A DNA stretch of 63,462 bases, filler included, from Saprolegnia diclina VS20 (GCF_000281045.1; 6 parts of 2 records of this genome joined end to end with filler, not necessarily neighbours in it); one strand, 5' to 3'; positions 24,682-36,831 are shown, counted from the first letter of the whole stretch. Notes: generated by a model not told the origin, from the letters alone. Numbers and translations are program-made.

Positions 24682-27600
24682 TCAATACGTGCTGTCCGAT
24701 TCGCCAAACGAGTCGGACCCGCGCCGCGACGTCTCGGACCGACTTTGAAAGCTCGAGAGCGCGCGCTGGGGCGAGTCGGCGGCCTGGAGCGTCTTGTCGG
24801 GCACGACAATCTTGTGCACAATGATCGAGAATTGTAGCATGATGGTCTGCAAGACAATATCAATATATCGCAATATACAGACGCAAAGGTAGTCAAGTTT
24901 GTATGAACATACCTGACACAACGACGTGGACATGACCATGTTCTTGCACATACCCTCGACGTGGAGCACTTTGACGTCCAGTGACACGCCGACCGAAACG
25001 CGTGGCTCTGCGTCGTTGCTCGACAAACTTCGCCGCGCACGACGGCCAGCTTGGCGCGCCGTCTTGACGCTCTTGAGCATCGACACGAGCAGCGGCGGCA
25101 CTGGAAGTTCGCTCGCACCGAGCGACGCGGGTTTCTTCTGGGCCGCATTGAGGCGACATGCCATTTGGAGAATTTCGTTGAGGAGGCGACTCATCGACAT
25201 AAACTGACTCAACACCGGGACATCGTCCTGGCTAATCACGCTTGGCGGTCGTCGCTTCCGGCGCTTGAAGCTCAGCGATGGCTCGGTGCGCGGACGCACG
25301 ACCGAGAGGGACCCATTTTGCCGCTAGAAAAATGGGTAAATATCGACGTTTCAAATGCAATACAAAATCGGCAAAAATGCAATACGAAATAGCGGTACCT
25401 GTTTTTTCTGGCTCTCGAGAAAGTCACGGTACGCGAGGTAAAACTGCGTCCCGACAAGCGAGAGCGGCATCGCCGTGTAGAAACTCCCAAAGACCATCGC
25501 GGCAATGTCAAAGAGGCGGCCGAGCGGCGTCCGCGGCTTCATGTCACCGTACCCGACGCTCGTAAACCTAGTCATACCGTCTATGACATTGGACAAGTTG
25601 TCCAATAACGTACGTCGCAATCGACAGCCAGCTCGAGCGCAGCATATCGGTAATAATCGTATACTTGGTGACTTGGATTTGGACCATTTTCTTGGGGGGC
25701 AGGTTCGCGTCAAGCTCTTTTGTCCATAAATCGCGGTTCCACCAAAAGCACGGAATGTCCACGTAGCACGTGGTGCCGCGCTCGATTTCGTAAAAAATGG
25801 CCCCCGCCGAGACGCACCCAAGGAAGAGAAAGAAGAGCTAGCCACAAAAACGCCACTTCAATCCCCGCTACCTGCAGGTATCGTACCGGGATGAGGAGAC
25901 GCTTCCATGTTTCTCGGGTCGTGCGCGAGAGAACGGTCGTCGATTTGAAGTGCTACAAGCGACAAGGCGAGATTAGCATCCGACACAGAGACACGCCTTG
26001 TTGTATGTACCCGCGCAAGCTTGAAGATGCGAATGGGTTTGACGATGGGAAGGACGGTAAGAAATTGTGGAAAGGTCGGCACAATCGCGTACGTCGGCAC
26101 GCGTGCTTGCACGATCCCTTGCAGCGCCTAGTTCCAAGTGGTCTAGAAAAGCACGAAAATCACATAAATACACAAAATACCGACCTGCACGTAGAACGGC
26201 AGCACAGCGACCACGTCAATGTAGGTCCCAATCGAGTGGAGGTGCTTTACGCGGCTCCGCGCCGCGTAAAACCGCAGCGCCATCTCAATCGTAAACACAA
26301 GGCCAAAGTAGTACTCGAGGTAGACCCACCGGCGCGTCATGTCGTACATGGGCACGTGGTCGGGCTTGCATTGGCGAATTTCGCAAATACGACCAGGGTC
26401 CGAAAAGAGGTTGTAGCACTGCGCAAGCGTCGCGTTCGAGCCATAGTTGAAGCCAGCACCAAAGCAATCAGGGGCGGTTGAGCCCGCTTCGCAGTAAAAG
26501 TTGAGTTTTTGCGTCGTTGTTTCGTTTGTCGTCGACCGCACGAAGCAGCCGACGTCCTTTTTGTTTTTGCAGTAGGACGCAAACGCTTCGCGACAAAGGT
26601 CGCTCTCAATACCATGTGCTTGGAGCTCGGGCGTTGTCTCGGCGTAGAACATGAGCACGCTCCCGATGACCATCGCGAGGAAGAATTTGTTGACGTAGTT
26701 GGCCTGCATCGACGAGTGCGGCCGCTCCATGAGCTGAAACGCACGCTCCCGCAGTGTCCGCTTCGCATTGGCATCGTCGTCGTCCTTGGCCTTGGACTGC
26801 ATGTTGCTCATCGCGCGCTTGGCCCGCGTCATGATCGATGTCGAGAAGGACGCGGTGCGCGCGTTCTGCGCCACAGGCTTCTTGCCCGCTTGGGCCGTCA
26901 CGAGGTCTTTGGGCACGAAAGGCTTGACCTCTTTGGCGAGCGCTCGCTGGAGCTTGATCGCGTGCGTCGCTTCGTTGATGAGCTGCACCAATTTCGCATT
27001 GCGGTCGCGGTCGACAGGCCCCGAGACGAGTTTTGTCGGCTCCTACGCCATGCTGTCAGTACGCATAGAAGCGTGCAAGGAGGCGTACGATGGAGGTTGT
27101 GAGGGCCACTGCGTGCTCCGAAACGTGCGTGACGAGGTCGCACAGTTCGAGAAACTTGGCGTTGAGGCTGTGGTGATTCGAAGACAGCTCCGTCGTCTCC
27201 ATGCGTTCAAACGTTGCGGCTTCGGCCTCGACGCTCGGCTGCCCCGGTTTGATCATCGCGCCGTCTGCGACCTGCTGCGCCTGAAAGTCGATCCACGTAG
27301 TCTCGTAGTGAATGCCAATGATAGCCAATGGCATCGCGAGATACAGCGTCCCAAAGATCATGATGACGCACGCAATGATGACGGCCGGGATGTTTTCAAT
27401 GTCGGGGAGCTGGTCACCATACCCAACGGTCGCGACACTAGTTGATGCACGAGAATAGTGTCACATCTATCCAATACGTGACGTACGTGACCATGACAAA
27501 GTAGCCGGCGTTAAAGATGTCGGTAAACGTGCACGTCGACGCGTTATAGCACGGCTGTGCGTAAAAGAGCATCGTCGCAAACATCATGACAAAGGTAATG

Positions 27601-28424
27601 AGGAAAAAGAGCTAAATGTCGGGCATCAGATCCATTTCACACGAAACGAAGGACCTTACCGTGACTTGAAGTGGCGGAATACTCGCGCGCGCCGTGCGAA
27701 TGAGCACGACCATGCCGTCCAAGCCCTAAGCAAACTCAGTTGTCCAAAACCTTCACAACGAGCAAGAGAGCAGTACCTTCATCATGTGCATGATGCGAAA
27801 GAGACGAAAGTACCGAATCGTTTTGATCGCGTCGATGGTCTTGTCTTGCCTTCCCGAAATCTCGAGCGGGTTACTGGCCGTGTACAGCACGAGCAAATAG
27901 AGCGAGACGAGCGAAAGAACATCGAGCAGTAGCCGACCCGAGTAGAAAAGCTAGATGTTCATCACGATGCAAATATACAATCCGCTGCCAGCGTCTACCT
28001 TGGGCGACGGCGCGAGCACGCACTTGAGCGCAAGGTCCACCGTCAAAATGAGCGTGATGAGCACCTCGATGGCGGCGAAGAAGCTCGCTTTCGGGAACCC
28101 GGGGTACGCAGGGTCGGCGCCGACCTTGTTGGGTCCGTCCATGGTCTCGATCGTGAGCACCATGACGTCGAGAATGATGCACGCCATGATTGCGTAGTGG
28201 TAGACCATCCCATACTTGTGGCCCGGGCGGTCACCGAATACGACGCGCCGCCATCTTGCGCGCAGCGAGAGCGTGTCGCTACTCCGGGGCACGACCACCG
28301 GCGTCGGGACGTCGACATCACCGCTCTCGTCGTGGGCCTCGACGATCTGCGCGATGTTCTTGTCGAGCACGACCACGTCGGCGGGCGACACGATTGTCGG
28401 CGTCTCTTCGGGCGCCGGCTGCAT
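24682..28424 (-). CDS. Voltage-gated-type K+ channel with two tandem 6TM repeats (multi-exon)
   Basis: Pore 1 TVGYGD at 27413-27430; pore 2 SVGYGD at 25543-25560; S4-like IKTIRYFRLFRIMHMMK and LPIVKPIRIFKLAR; continuous reading through the linker ORF 26143-26991; the last exons splice into ORF 24682-25299. Confidence 0.85.
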
Positions 28425-28580
28425 CTTGCTCGTCGATGCTTCCACCTGCCTTTCTGGCGCGAAACCAACGAGTGACGCTGGTTTTTTAACGACTGCGCGT
28501 CGTTTATTTATAGTCCGAAGGGTTTTGTCTACGCAACCGACGCCGTACAACTAGACCTCGTCGCGTCGTCGCAGCCCGAC

Positions 28581-30041
28581 TCAGAGCGTCTTGTGCTTGG
28601 TGATGCCAATCGCACAGAGCCGCTCAAGCAGTGGCGGATGGCTGTAGTGGTACGCGCTGTACATTGGATCCGGGTTCATGTTGGCGAGGTTTTCGAGCGA
28701 GATCTTGGTCAAGCCCGACTGCAGCGCGTCCGCGTGGCCAAGCTGCACGGCAAACGCGTCGGCAGCAAACTCGTTTTGGCGCGTATTGTACGTGAGGAGG
28801 AACGAGAGGACCTTGTCGACCGGCGCCCACAGCGTCTGCGCAAACAACGTCAGGCCAATCATGACGGGCAGCGCCGGTGTCGTCGCGCCAAAGCCAAAGC
28901 TGCGAAAGAGCGCCACGTCATGCATGCACCTAGTAGATCTTAGCGTCCCAACACACAAGAATGCAACGTTGCGCACCGGCCAAAGACGTAAAAGAGAGCA
29001 ATGACATACACTTGCTGGAACGCAAACCCTTGAAGCGTGTGCCAGAGCTTCCAGTGCCCGAGCTCGTGGCCGAGGATCGCCACGATCTCGTTGTCATTGG
29101 CTTGCGTGAGGAGCGTATCAAAGAGCACGATGCGCTTGCTGTGGAAGAAGCCGTACATGTACGCGTTCGAGTGGCTCGACCGCTTTGAGCCATCACACAC
29201 AAAGAGCTGCGTCAGAGGAAAGTGCAGTGTCGCGGCGAGCGCCTCGATACGGTGGCGCAGCGGACCATCGGGCAGCGGCGTGAACGTATTGAAGAGCGGC
29301 ATGATGAGCACGGGGTAGATCGTGAGTAGGAGGAGCGTAAAGCTAAACGTGAGCAGCCAGACGTAAAACACAAATCCGTCGCCGCCCCATTGGATGAGCG
29401 CGAGCAGCGCCGCCAAGAGTGGGAGTCCCAAGAGCGCGCTCAGTGCGAGGCCTTGGAGCTTGTCGGTGCAGAAGAGGCGCAGCGTCTGCTTGTTGAAGCC
29501 ATGGCGCTCTTCAAGCACAAACACAGAGTAGAGCTCGAAGGGGAGGTTGAAGATGACGTCTTTACATGACGTGAGCACGGCGAAGAGAAGCGACTGCGGA
29601 ATTTCGCCATAGAAACCGACAAGACGACCGCTGAGCACCCACATGAACGGCAAGTAGCCGCCAAGAAGCAAGAGCACGCCCTCGAGTTCATGGATCGCGC
29701 CAGTGACAAAGCCAAAGCGGCTCTTATCGAGGCTGTAGAGACGACTCTTTTCAAACTTGGCCTGCGTTTGCACCAGCAGCGATGGCTCTTTTTCATTGGA
29801 CACGTCATCAATGTGCGCAATGGCCGACGCCAGCGCTGGCGGCAACGACGTTTCGTGCAGCTTGGCATGCTGCCTATAGGTCGAGGTGCTGTAGCAGGGT
29901 CGTAGCTGTTGATGACTGGACGTACCGGTAGTCCAAGTACGTCTCAAAAGCGTAGACGGCCGCGACAAAGACGAGCGTACCTTCGAGGTACGGGACCGGC
30001 GACGGCGCCCAGCCCTCCTCGCAAAACCACGGCGCAAGCAT
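28581..30041 (-). CDS. STE24: CAAX prenyl protease 1 (peptidase M48)
   Basis: FETYLDY, EERHGFNKQT, DGSKRSSHSNAYMYG, KRIVLFDTL, HELGH zinc motif, EFAADAFA, YSAYHYSHPPLLERL; two introns. Confidence 0.95.
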
Positions 30042-30281
30042 TGTGAAATGGCTCCGACCGTCCAGCATCCGGATAATGAACCGATGCTACCACGTCGTCC
30101 GGATAAACCCAACGATCTCTCACCAAACCGGCTTGACCCCCTCATGGGTCAATATTATTGACCCATGACCAGCTTGACCTCCTCGACAAGCCTACCGGTG
30201 AAGTGCACGTGAACGTGCTCCTTGTATTCGATTCAACGTACTACAAGTCGACTAAACGTGACGACTCATTCCATTACGCAA

Positions 30282-31232
30282 TTACCCGTAGCGACACTCG
30301 ACTGGACTAGCAAAAGACGCGCCACGGACGCTCAGTCGTTCGAGGTGCGGAAGCTGCCGCCGCAAAAAAGCCTCGAGCACCCAGAGCGGCTGTGTCAACT
30401 GCGGACAAAGTGTGAGCTTTTGCAGCTGCTCCAGACGAGCAAGCGCTTGCATCGCTTCGGCCATCTCGATGCGCGCCGCGTCGTCGCGGGCCCATAGAGA
30501 GAGGCGCGTCACCGAATGCGGCACAAACAAAAGCGACAAGTTGGTGCTGTCCAGGTGCAAATCACGTAGCGAGGTACACGCAAGCAGAGCTCGGTGCACG
30601 GCGACGCGATCGGCCACGTGCTGAAAGCGAACGTTGGTCAAGTGCAGCGCCGTACACTGCTGGGTGTGCAGCAGCGCAACTAGCGCGTCGCAGATCGACG
30701 TGGCTGCATATGGTGCGTGCTTTGGCAGCTTGAGCGTGAGCGATGCGAGGCCCGGCATGCGGCAAGCGAGAACCACAAGTGGCGTCCACACGCTGCGCGG
30801 GTCGTGTCGGACGTCAAGCACGAGCTCCTCGAGGCGACAGCAGGCAGTCAGCGCGTCTTGCAGATAGCGCATATCGTCGCACACATTGCCGTGAGGACAC
30901 AGCGTGAGACGCCGCATGTACGGCGCAAAATGGTGCAGCAGCATGTCGAGGCTGTACCGATGGCAGAGCCCGCAGCGCCAGACCACCTCGGGTCACAAAC
31001 AGAACGTGCGCTCGAGGAGCTGCGTCGCTTCGAGTGGGAGGCGGCTTTGCTTGAGCACGAGGCGAGGCCATGCAATGCTAATATAGGCGTGATGCGGCGT
31101 CCGGGACAGTGCGAGCAGACTCTGGAGCGGAGCCGAGAGGTGGCGCGACGGAAGTGCGTGGAGTAGCACCAAAAACGTCTTTGGGCACGGCACAAGGGTG
31201 GCAATGAGTTCGAGAAGCTCGTGCGGAAGCAT
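30282..31232 (-). pseudogene. F-box-like/LRR protein of an expanded Saprolegniales-type family, interrupted by an in-frame TGA
   Basis: MLPHELLELIATLV...AWPRLVL N-terminus; LRR-like LEELVLD, LASLTLK, LRDLHLD, LQKLTLC, LERLSVR; ORFs 30993-31355 and 30282-30986 are in the same frame separated by TGA 30995-30993. Confidence 0.6.
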
Positions 31233-32680
31233 GGGGATTCTGTCGAATGCATGGGGATTCTGTCGAATGCAGATCTTACTGGGAAATGCCACCGTGAGAG
31301 GCAGCGCCGTCGGGTGTATCCGACGGCGGCTACTGTCAAGAAATGCAGCCGCCATCTCAAACTCAATCTCAAACGCACTACCAGGCTTTCAGATCAAATA
31401 AAGCGATGACTAGGCCAAGCTGTCGTCTGCCGTGTACTGCTTGCGTCCACAGGTTCCGTGCGAATATTGTGCTTTGCATAGCGCGTGTCGGTGATAATCG
31501 AGGCTGCTCCGCCAATATTTTTTTTCTCGCAAAACCTGTCGAAGTTTGATATATTATGAAATGTGATAAGCTGGCTTTGCCAAAAAGAGGGACCGAAATG
31601 CGGCCATGTGATTGGCTGAGCTACCCGTTGGTTAGCTCGCTAACCATCGTTTAGTAGCGATTTAGTAGCGAGACGTTTGGCAATAGGTCAACAGCCGGCA
31701 TGGCCAACCATTTCGAACGTGCGCCGGCGTGCGTCCTCGGACTCGAGGGGCGCGCATCAACCATGTCGACACGATGTAGGCCGCCGCGCCGCGCGCGCGC
31801 TGACGGTCGATCCCTTGCAGGTGCAGACTGGTCCGTGGCGCCCACGGCCCCTCTGCGGCACGCCTCCCGTACCCGACTATGGCGTACAGCACCCGGCTGC
31901 GCACACCCGGCGCTTCGTCGAGACCACCTTCGTGCAACAGTACCGATAGCAGCAACACGTGCGCAAGGCTGTCGAAGGCCTCGAGCGACCATTGCCTGGC
32001 GCAGCGCTGGGCGGCCGGCGTCAGACGATCGACGAGCGATGGCAGTGGGATGAGCGCGAGCATGCACGCCGGCAATGCGCTCATCGTGTGCCGCATCGAC
32101 ACCATCCTCTAGGTACAGGTGGATCGCTGCTAGTAGCTAGGTGGTCAAGAACCGCAAGAGATACGAAGACGTTTGGCTCGGGGACACGTTCGTCCGGCGT
32201 GAGCGTCGGAAACGCGCCGATGATGGCGCCTGCGCAGAAGGAGCTCAAGCGCCGCGTGCGCCACGGCTCCGTCGCCTACCCATACACCGCAGTGGAGAAG
32301 GCTCATACCGCTGCCATGTAGCGTAGTGCCAGATAATGCAATAACATCGTGTTTTCGTGGCTTAAACGCGAGCGCCCACGTGCAAACCCAACGGAAACTA
32401 GCCATGACCGCAACTGTCTTGACTAATAATGCGCACCGTGCCGCGCTAAGCACTAAAGCGGCTTGGATCTTAGCACCAGGAAGAGACGTGGAGTAGTGGC
32501 AGTGAGCGCTGTGGAGAAGAAGTGCCGTGACCAGGAGCTCCGTCTTGCCCCCGAGCTACATTACGCGTAGCGTTTGCGCCTTGCTGTTAGTCCACGGATA
32601 TCCCTCGAGCAGGAGCGCAAACCACTGGATAGCGGTTATCCGTTGCTATTCAATGGCCAGCGCTCCTCCTAGCGGTCCGC

Positions 32681-32835
32681 AGCCACGCCTCAAGCAGGAG
32701 CGCTAACCTGAGCGCTAATCATTGAATAGCGGAGGATAATCCGAAGGTTTGCCATTTCAGAAATGCAAACCTTCGGATTATCCTCCGCTATCCATTGATT
32801 AGCGCTCAGGTTAGCGCTCGCTTGAGGCGTGGGCT
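32681..32835. repeat. About 155-bp near-perfect palindrome (foldback)
   Basis: Arm 32681-32758 is the reverse complement of 32760-32835 with a few mismatches and indels. Confidence 0.9.
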
Positions 32836-33079
32836 AAGGTGTCAAATGACAAAAGCGGGTGGCCTGCCAGACATCTTTAGTAAAACCATAAATATAGCAT
32901 ACAAATACATAGAGTATATTTTGTAATAGTTATATTCTTTTTTGGAGACTGTCCCACCAGAATTTATAATTTACGCGTGTCGCGCTATGCCTCGATTATC
33001 TAATAAAACCATCGATTATCGCTGCTAATCGATGGTTTTTTGGAGGTGAAAATGGCCACGCGCTATGCAAGCCACAATA

Positions 33080-33179
33080 NNNNNNNNNNNNNNNNNNNNN
33101 NNNNNNNNNNNNNNNNNNNNNNNTTAATTAATTAANNNNNNNNNNNNNNNNNNNNNNNNNNNNNNNNNNNNNNNNNNNN
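33080..33179. other. Artificial scaffold linker
   Basis: N44-TTAATTAATTAA-N44. Confidence 0.97.
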
Positions 33180-34552
33180 ACCTCGACTTCGGCTGGTTCC
33201 GCGCTGCCTTGCCCTTGCCGGTCGTCGTCTTGGCCATCATTTGTTGTCCATATCGAATTGAAAAAGAAACTAGGGTAAACCTCGTGTTTTCTTGGGGCAG
33301 GTTTTGGTCGAGCTCTTTGGTTGAGGTTTTGCATTGGGGGAGCGTGCAATCTAGCGGAGGGATCGTGCACTACGTGTGACGTAGTTTGGACTCGGGGGAC
33401 GGGATCATCTGCATTTGAGTTCAACGTACCCTGCCCCAAACCTCGTGTTTTCTTGGGGCAGAGTGTGGTTGGTCTTTGTGGTCGAGGTGGGGCATACATG
33501 TAGGGCCGGTGGGCCATCTAGCGGTCTTTCTGTGAAACATGAGTAGTGGTTTGATTCGCGGAGAAGGTTTGCGCAGGTCCTGGCGCGCTTTTTGATTTCA
33601 GTTTGGTGTCGGGGCCGCGTGCAACCTAGCGGTATGTCTGTGTCGTAGCTTGGACAGTGTGGATGTCTTCCACCCTTACGGGCTCTTGTACTATGCACGT
33701 CCAACGCGCCCCTCTTACTGCAAACACGCATTCACATGGCGAATGTGTGACGGACGCGTGCGACGGACGCGACCTCTGCTTCGTTGCGGTGCAACCTCCG
33801 CTGTGCTACGGTGCACCTGGTGGACTCTTTGTAGGGCTCCAGTGGAAACAACGTCGAATTCATTTTCCATTGTGTGGTAAGGGTGCTGCATCGTCCTAAT
33901 CTCGCTTAGATGTGGATTATTGTTATTGTTAGAGCCATCGCCGGGAAGAGCTCTTTCTTAGCCGCTTCAACCTTCGCATCGTTTCGGCACTCGGGTCCAG
34001 TACTGCATAGCAGGACGCTTCATGCATAGAGACCACAGCAGCTTGATCAACATTGCAGGATGTATAACGTTCATGAGGTGGTTGAAAGAATCGCTCCTCG
34101 GATTTGCAGGCCCAGCGATTCTACTGTGACGGGCGCGGCCGCTCGACGCGCGCGCTTCGCCTGGAGGCGCAGTGGCGGTCACGGTCGACGCCTTGGTTCG
34201 CTGCCGTCGCCTCTGCCCCGCGTCGATTTTCCGCTTCAGCTCCTTGGCCTACTCGATCGGAGTCGATGTCGGCAGGGCGTATGCAGCGTGGCGATTCCAC
34301 TGCTCGCACTTGCGCTGCGCCTCCGAGACTGGCGGCCCCACCATGGCCGGGTGTTCTGTTCTGTGCTTGGCGCGCGAATTGCAATAGAAACCTGCAAAGC
34401 GAACATAACATCCAGATACGATGACAACACCGCAATCTATCTCATGGATCTAACACCACGCGAAGTGTTGAGGTCCCGCACTATCGCGCAGGCCCCAACG
34501 ATATCCAATGCACAAGCTACGCTTGGGATTGGCGCTGCGCGCATGGCCTATG

Positions 34553-34881
34553 GCCCTACCGCGCTACCGCGCGGACCCCGGCTATCGCCGGGTCGACTCG
34601 CTTCGCTCGTGGCTCGCTGCATGCGGGTTGGCCAAGGTGCGTATATCCGGTTAAGTTCGTTTCCGTTCTTAACCGGCATTTTGTCCACCCAATAGTCAAA
34701 TTAAGATACGTCTTGACGACATTGACCTGCCACTCGTACTTAACCGAATTCGACACTTCCCGACCCTTCCCGACGCGCTACGCACGCCGGAACACCATGT
34801 TGAGACTTCATTTTGCCCTACCGTGCTATCGCACGGGCCCGGCTACCGCCGGGTGCCCTCGCTGCGCTCGTGCCGCGCTTC
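34553..34881. repeat. Two about 67-bp GC-rich direct repeats, each forming a double hairpin
   Basis: 34553-34620 and 34815-34881 align by eye. Confidence 0.8.
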
Positions 34882-35481
34882 GCGCAAAAAAGTCGTTATT
34901 CAATTAAAAGATAGATATCTGGTACCCCTTGAGAGGTTTATTTCCACCCCATATCTTTGAACCATTGCCGGGTTTGAATTCGCATATTCAAGTACATTTT
35001 ATCAGAATGCATTTCAAACTCGCTGTATTTTTATACTTTCTTGGCGAATCGACGTTGCGGTTTTCTGTTGACAGAGTCTCAGCTGCTGAACGCAAACGAG
35101 ATTGGCGTCGGACAGCAGAGCGTCATGGCCCATCTCCGAGCCATTTGACTGGCATGGTATCCTCCGGATAGCTGTCGCTGCCGCGCACCACTTCTTCGAA
35201 TGTTGTTGTATCGCATCGCCTTTGCTCATCCTAGAGCTGTACGCGTAATGATGGGGAATTCGTTGTCTATCCTGGATCGTGGAAAGCGGTGTGTGGTCGA
35301 GGCGACCAGAGACTGGTTCCGGCCGTTCTGGTTACGTTGGTTTTGCGGCAGAATGCATCTCGCCCACCAGAACCCTAACCGCATTCGTAGACGGGACACA
35401 CCATGTTGACGAGAAAGTTCAACTAAGATCTTATCTGTTGGCCTGTGCAAGGCTTTGGTTATACGAGAGTCGTGACGTCAA

Positions 35482-36831
35482 CTAGGCGCCAAGCCAGTGG
35501 TGCTCGCCAACCTGCCAGCCAATGGTCGCGCCGGACGAAATCCCGAGGAAGAGGCCGAGGCACATGATGGCGCCCGCCGACTCGCGGTCTTCCTGGGCCA
35601 CGAGGCGCGGGCCGAGACCAAACGAGATGGTGCTAAGGACACCCGTCGAGAGACCGAGGAGATAGTTGACAAAGAGCTGCCAAAATACGTTGAAGTCGTG
35701 TGCGCTCGCCATGCAGTAGAGCGGGTTGAGGCCGCCGCCCGGGAGCCCGAGCAAGAGCAGCACAAAGAGGCCCCAGCGCACGATCGACCAGAGCAAGCAC
35801 GACGCGAGTGTAAAGTACTTGTACACAAACGGCGCGAGGAGGCGGCCGGCAAAGTCGCCATAGTTGTAGCTCAGAAGAAAGCCGTTGATGTACCAGCCGC
35901 CCCAAGTCGCGGCGCCCGCGAGCTGAAAACCAGACGAGATACCAATGCCGGGGAAGGCCGTGAGCGAGCACAGGAAAATGAGAAACTGGCACGCAACCGG
36001 CACCGCGATCGTCGTCGCGATGCGCCAGAGACGCGCCCACATGACCGGGAACGACTCGCGCAACGCCTGCCGGCGCGCTGTCTCGGCATCGTTGAGCTCC
36101 ATCAAGCAGGCGACCGCGGGCAGCTGCAGCAGGTTGTAAAAGAGGCATACGGCCATAACGCACACAACGATGAGGACGCTGAAGAAGATGTAGAACGAAA
36201 TCTTTTGGATCTGCGCCGTGTCGGCCGGCGCGGGGTCCAACCCGCCGATGCAGAGCTGGAAGAGCGTGCTCAGCGTCACGTTGATGACGCCGGACGTGCC
36301 ATTGCCGAGCATCATTGCGTTTGTGAACGCGGCGTCCGGGAAGAGCGACGAGAGCGCGTAGAGCGCCGCTTCAGCGAGCACATTGGTGAGCCCCACAAGC
36401 CCAAACGACATCAAGACGATGGTCGCGCCCGTCTCGGGCGTCGCGTCGCACGTGTCTTGGAGGATGATGGCGAGCGCGCAGAGAATGCAGATGGCGTACC
36501 CGAGGCAGACGCGCGTCCACATGCCGAGCTTCTTGTCAAGGCCAAAGACGACTTGGAAAAAGTGGCCCACAAACAGGGGCCACGTCGAGACGGGCGTCGT
36601 GAGGAACGCAAAGTTGAAGGACGTCGACGCGAAGCGCGACTGGTAGTAGTTTTGCGCCGACAAGAACGTATAGTACCCCCAGAGACACGACGCTTCGAGG
36701 AAGAGGAACGACCACCAGAGAAAGCGGCGATGCGTCGCGAGCGCCTCGACGACGTGCGCTGGGAGCTCGTCCTTTGTCGTCTCCGCGTCGTTGACGGAGA
36801 GGAGGTTGGCGTCTTTGGGCGACGCGTCCAT
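35482..36831 (-). CDS. Equilibrative nucleoside transporter (SLC29/ENT)
   Basis: 449 aa, about 11 TM; LWGYYTFLSAQNYY, FPGI, YNYGDFAGR, EDRESAGAIM...GISSG. Confidence 0.9.
   Translation of the reverse strand: MDASPKDANLLSVNDAETTKDELPAHVVEALATHRRFLWWSFLFLEASCLWGYYTFLSAQNYYQSRFASTSFNFAFLTTPVSTWPLFVGHFFQVVFGLDKKLGMWTRVCLGYAICILCALAIILQDTCDATPETGATIVLMSFGLVGLTNVLAEAALYALSSLFPDAAFTNAMMLGNGTSGVINVTLSTLFQLCIGGLDPAPADTAQIQKISFYIFFSVLIVVCVMAVCLFYNLLQLPAVACLMELNDAETARRQALRESFPVMWARLWRIATTIAVPVACQFLIFLCSLTAFPGIGISSGFQLAGAATWGGWYINGFLLSYNYGDFAGRLLAPFVYKYFTLASCLLWSIVRWGLFVLLLLGLPGGGLNPLYCMASAHDFNVFWQLFVNYLLGLSTGVLSTISFGLGPRLVAQEDRESAGAIMCLGLFLGISSGATIGWQVGEHHWLGA

Noticed and set aside
24682..25299. Stand-alone 205-aa gene
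   Set aside because: Starts at GTG and splices onto the K+ channel S6 exon, so it is the channel C-terminus
31650..32460. GC-rich overlapping ORFs, including two in-frame plus ORFs split by TAG
   Set aside because: Strand and frame cannot be determined; no family recognised
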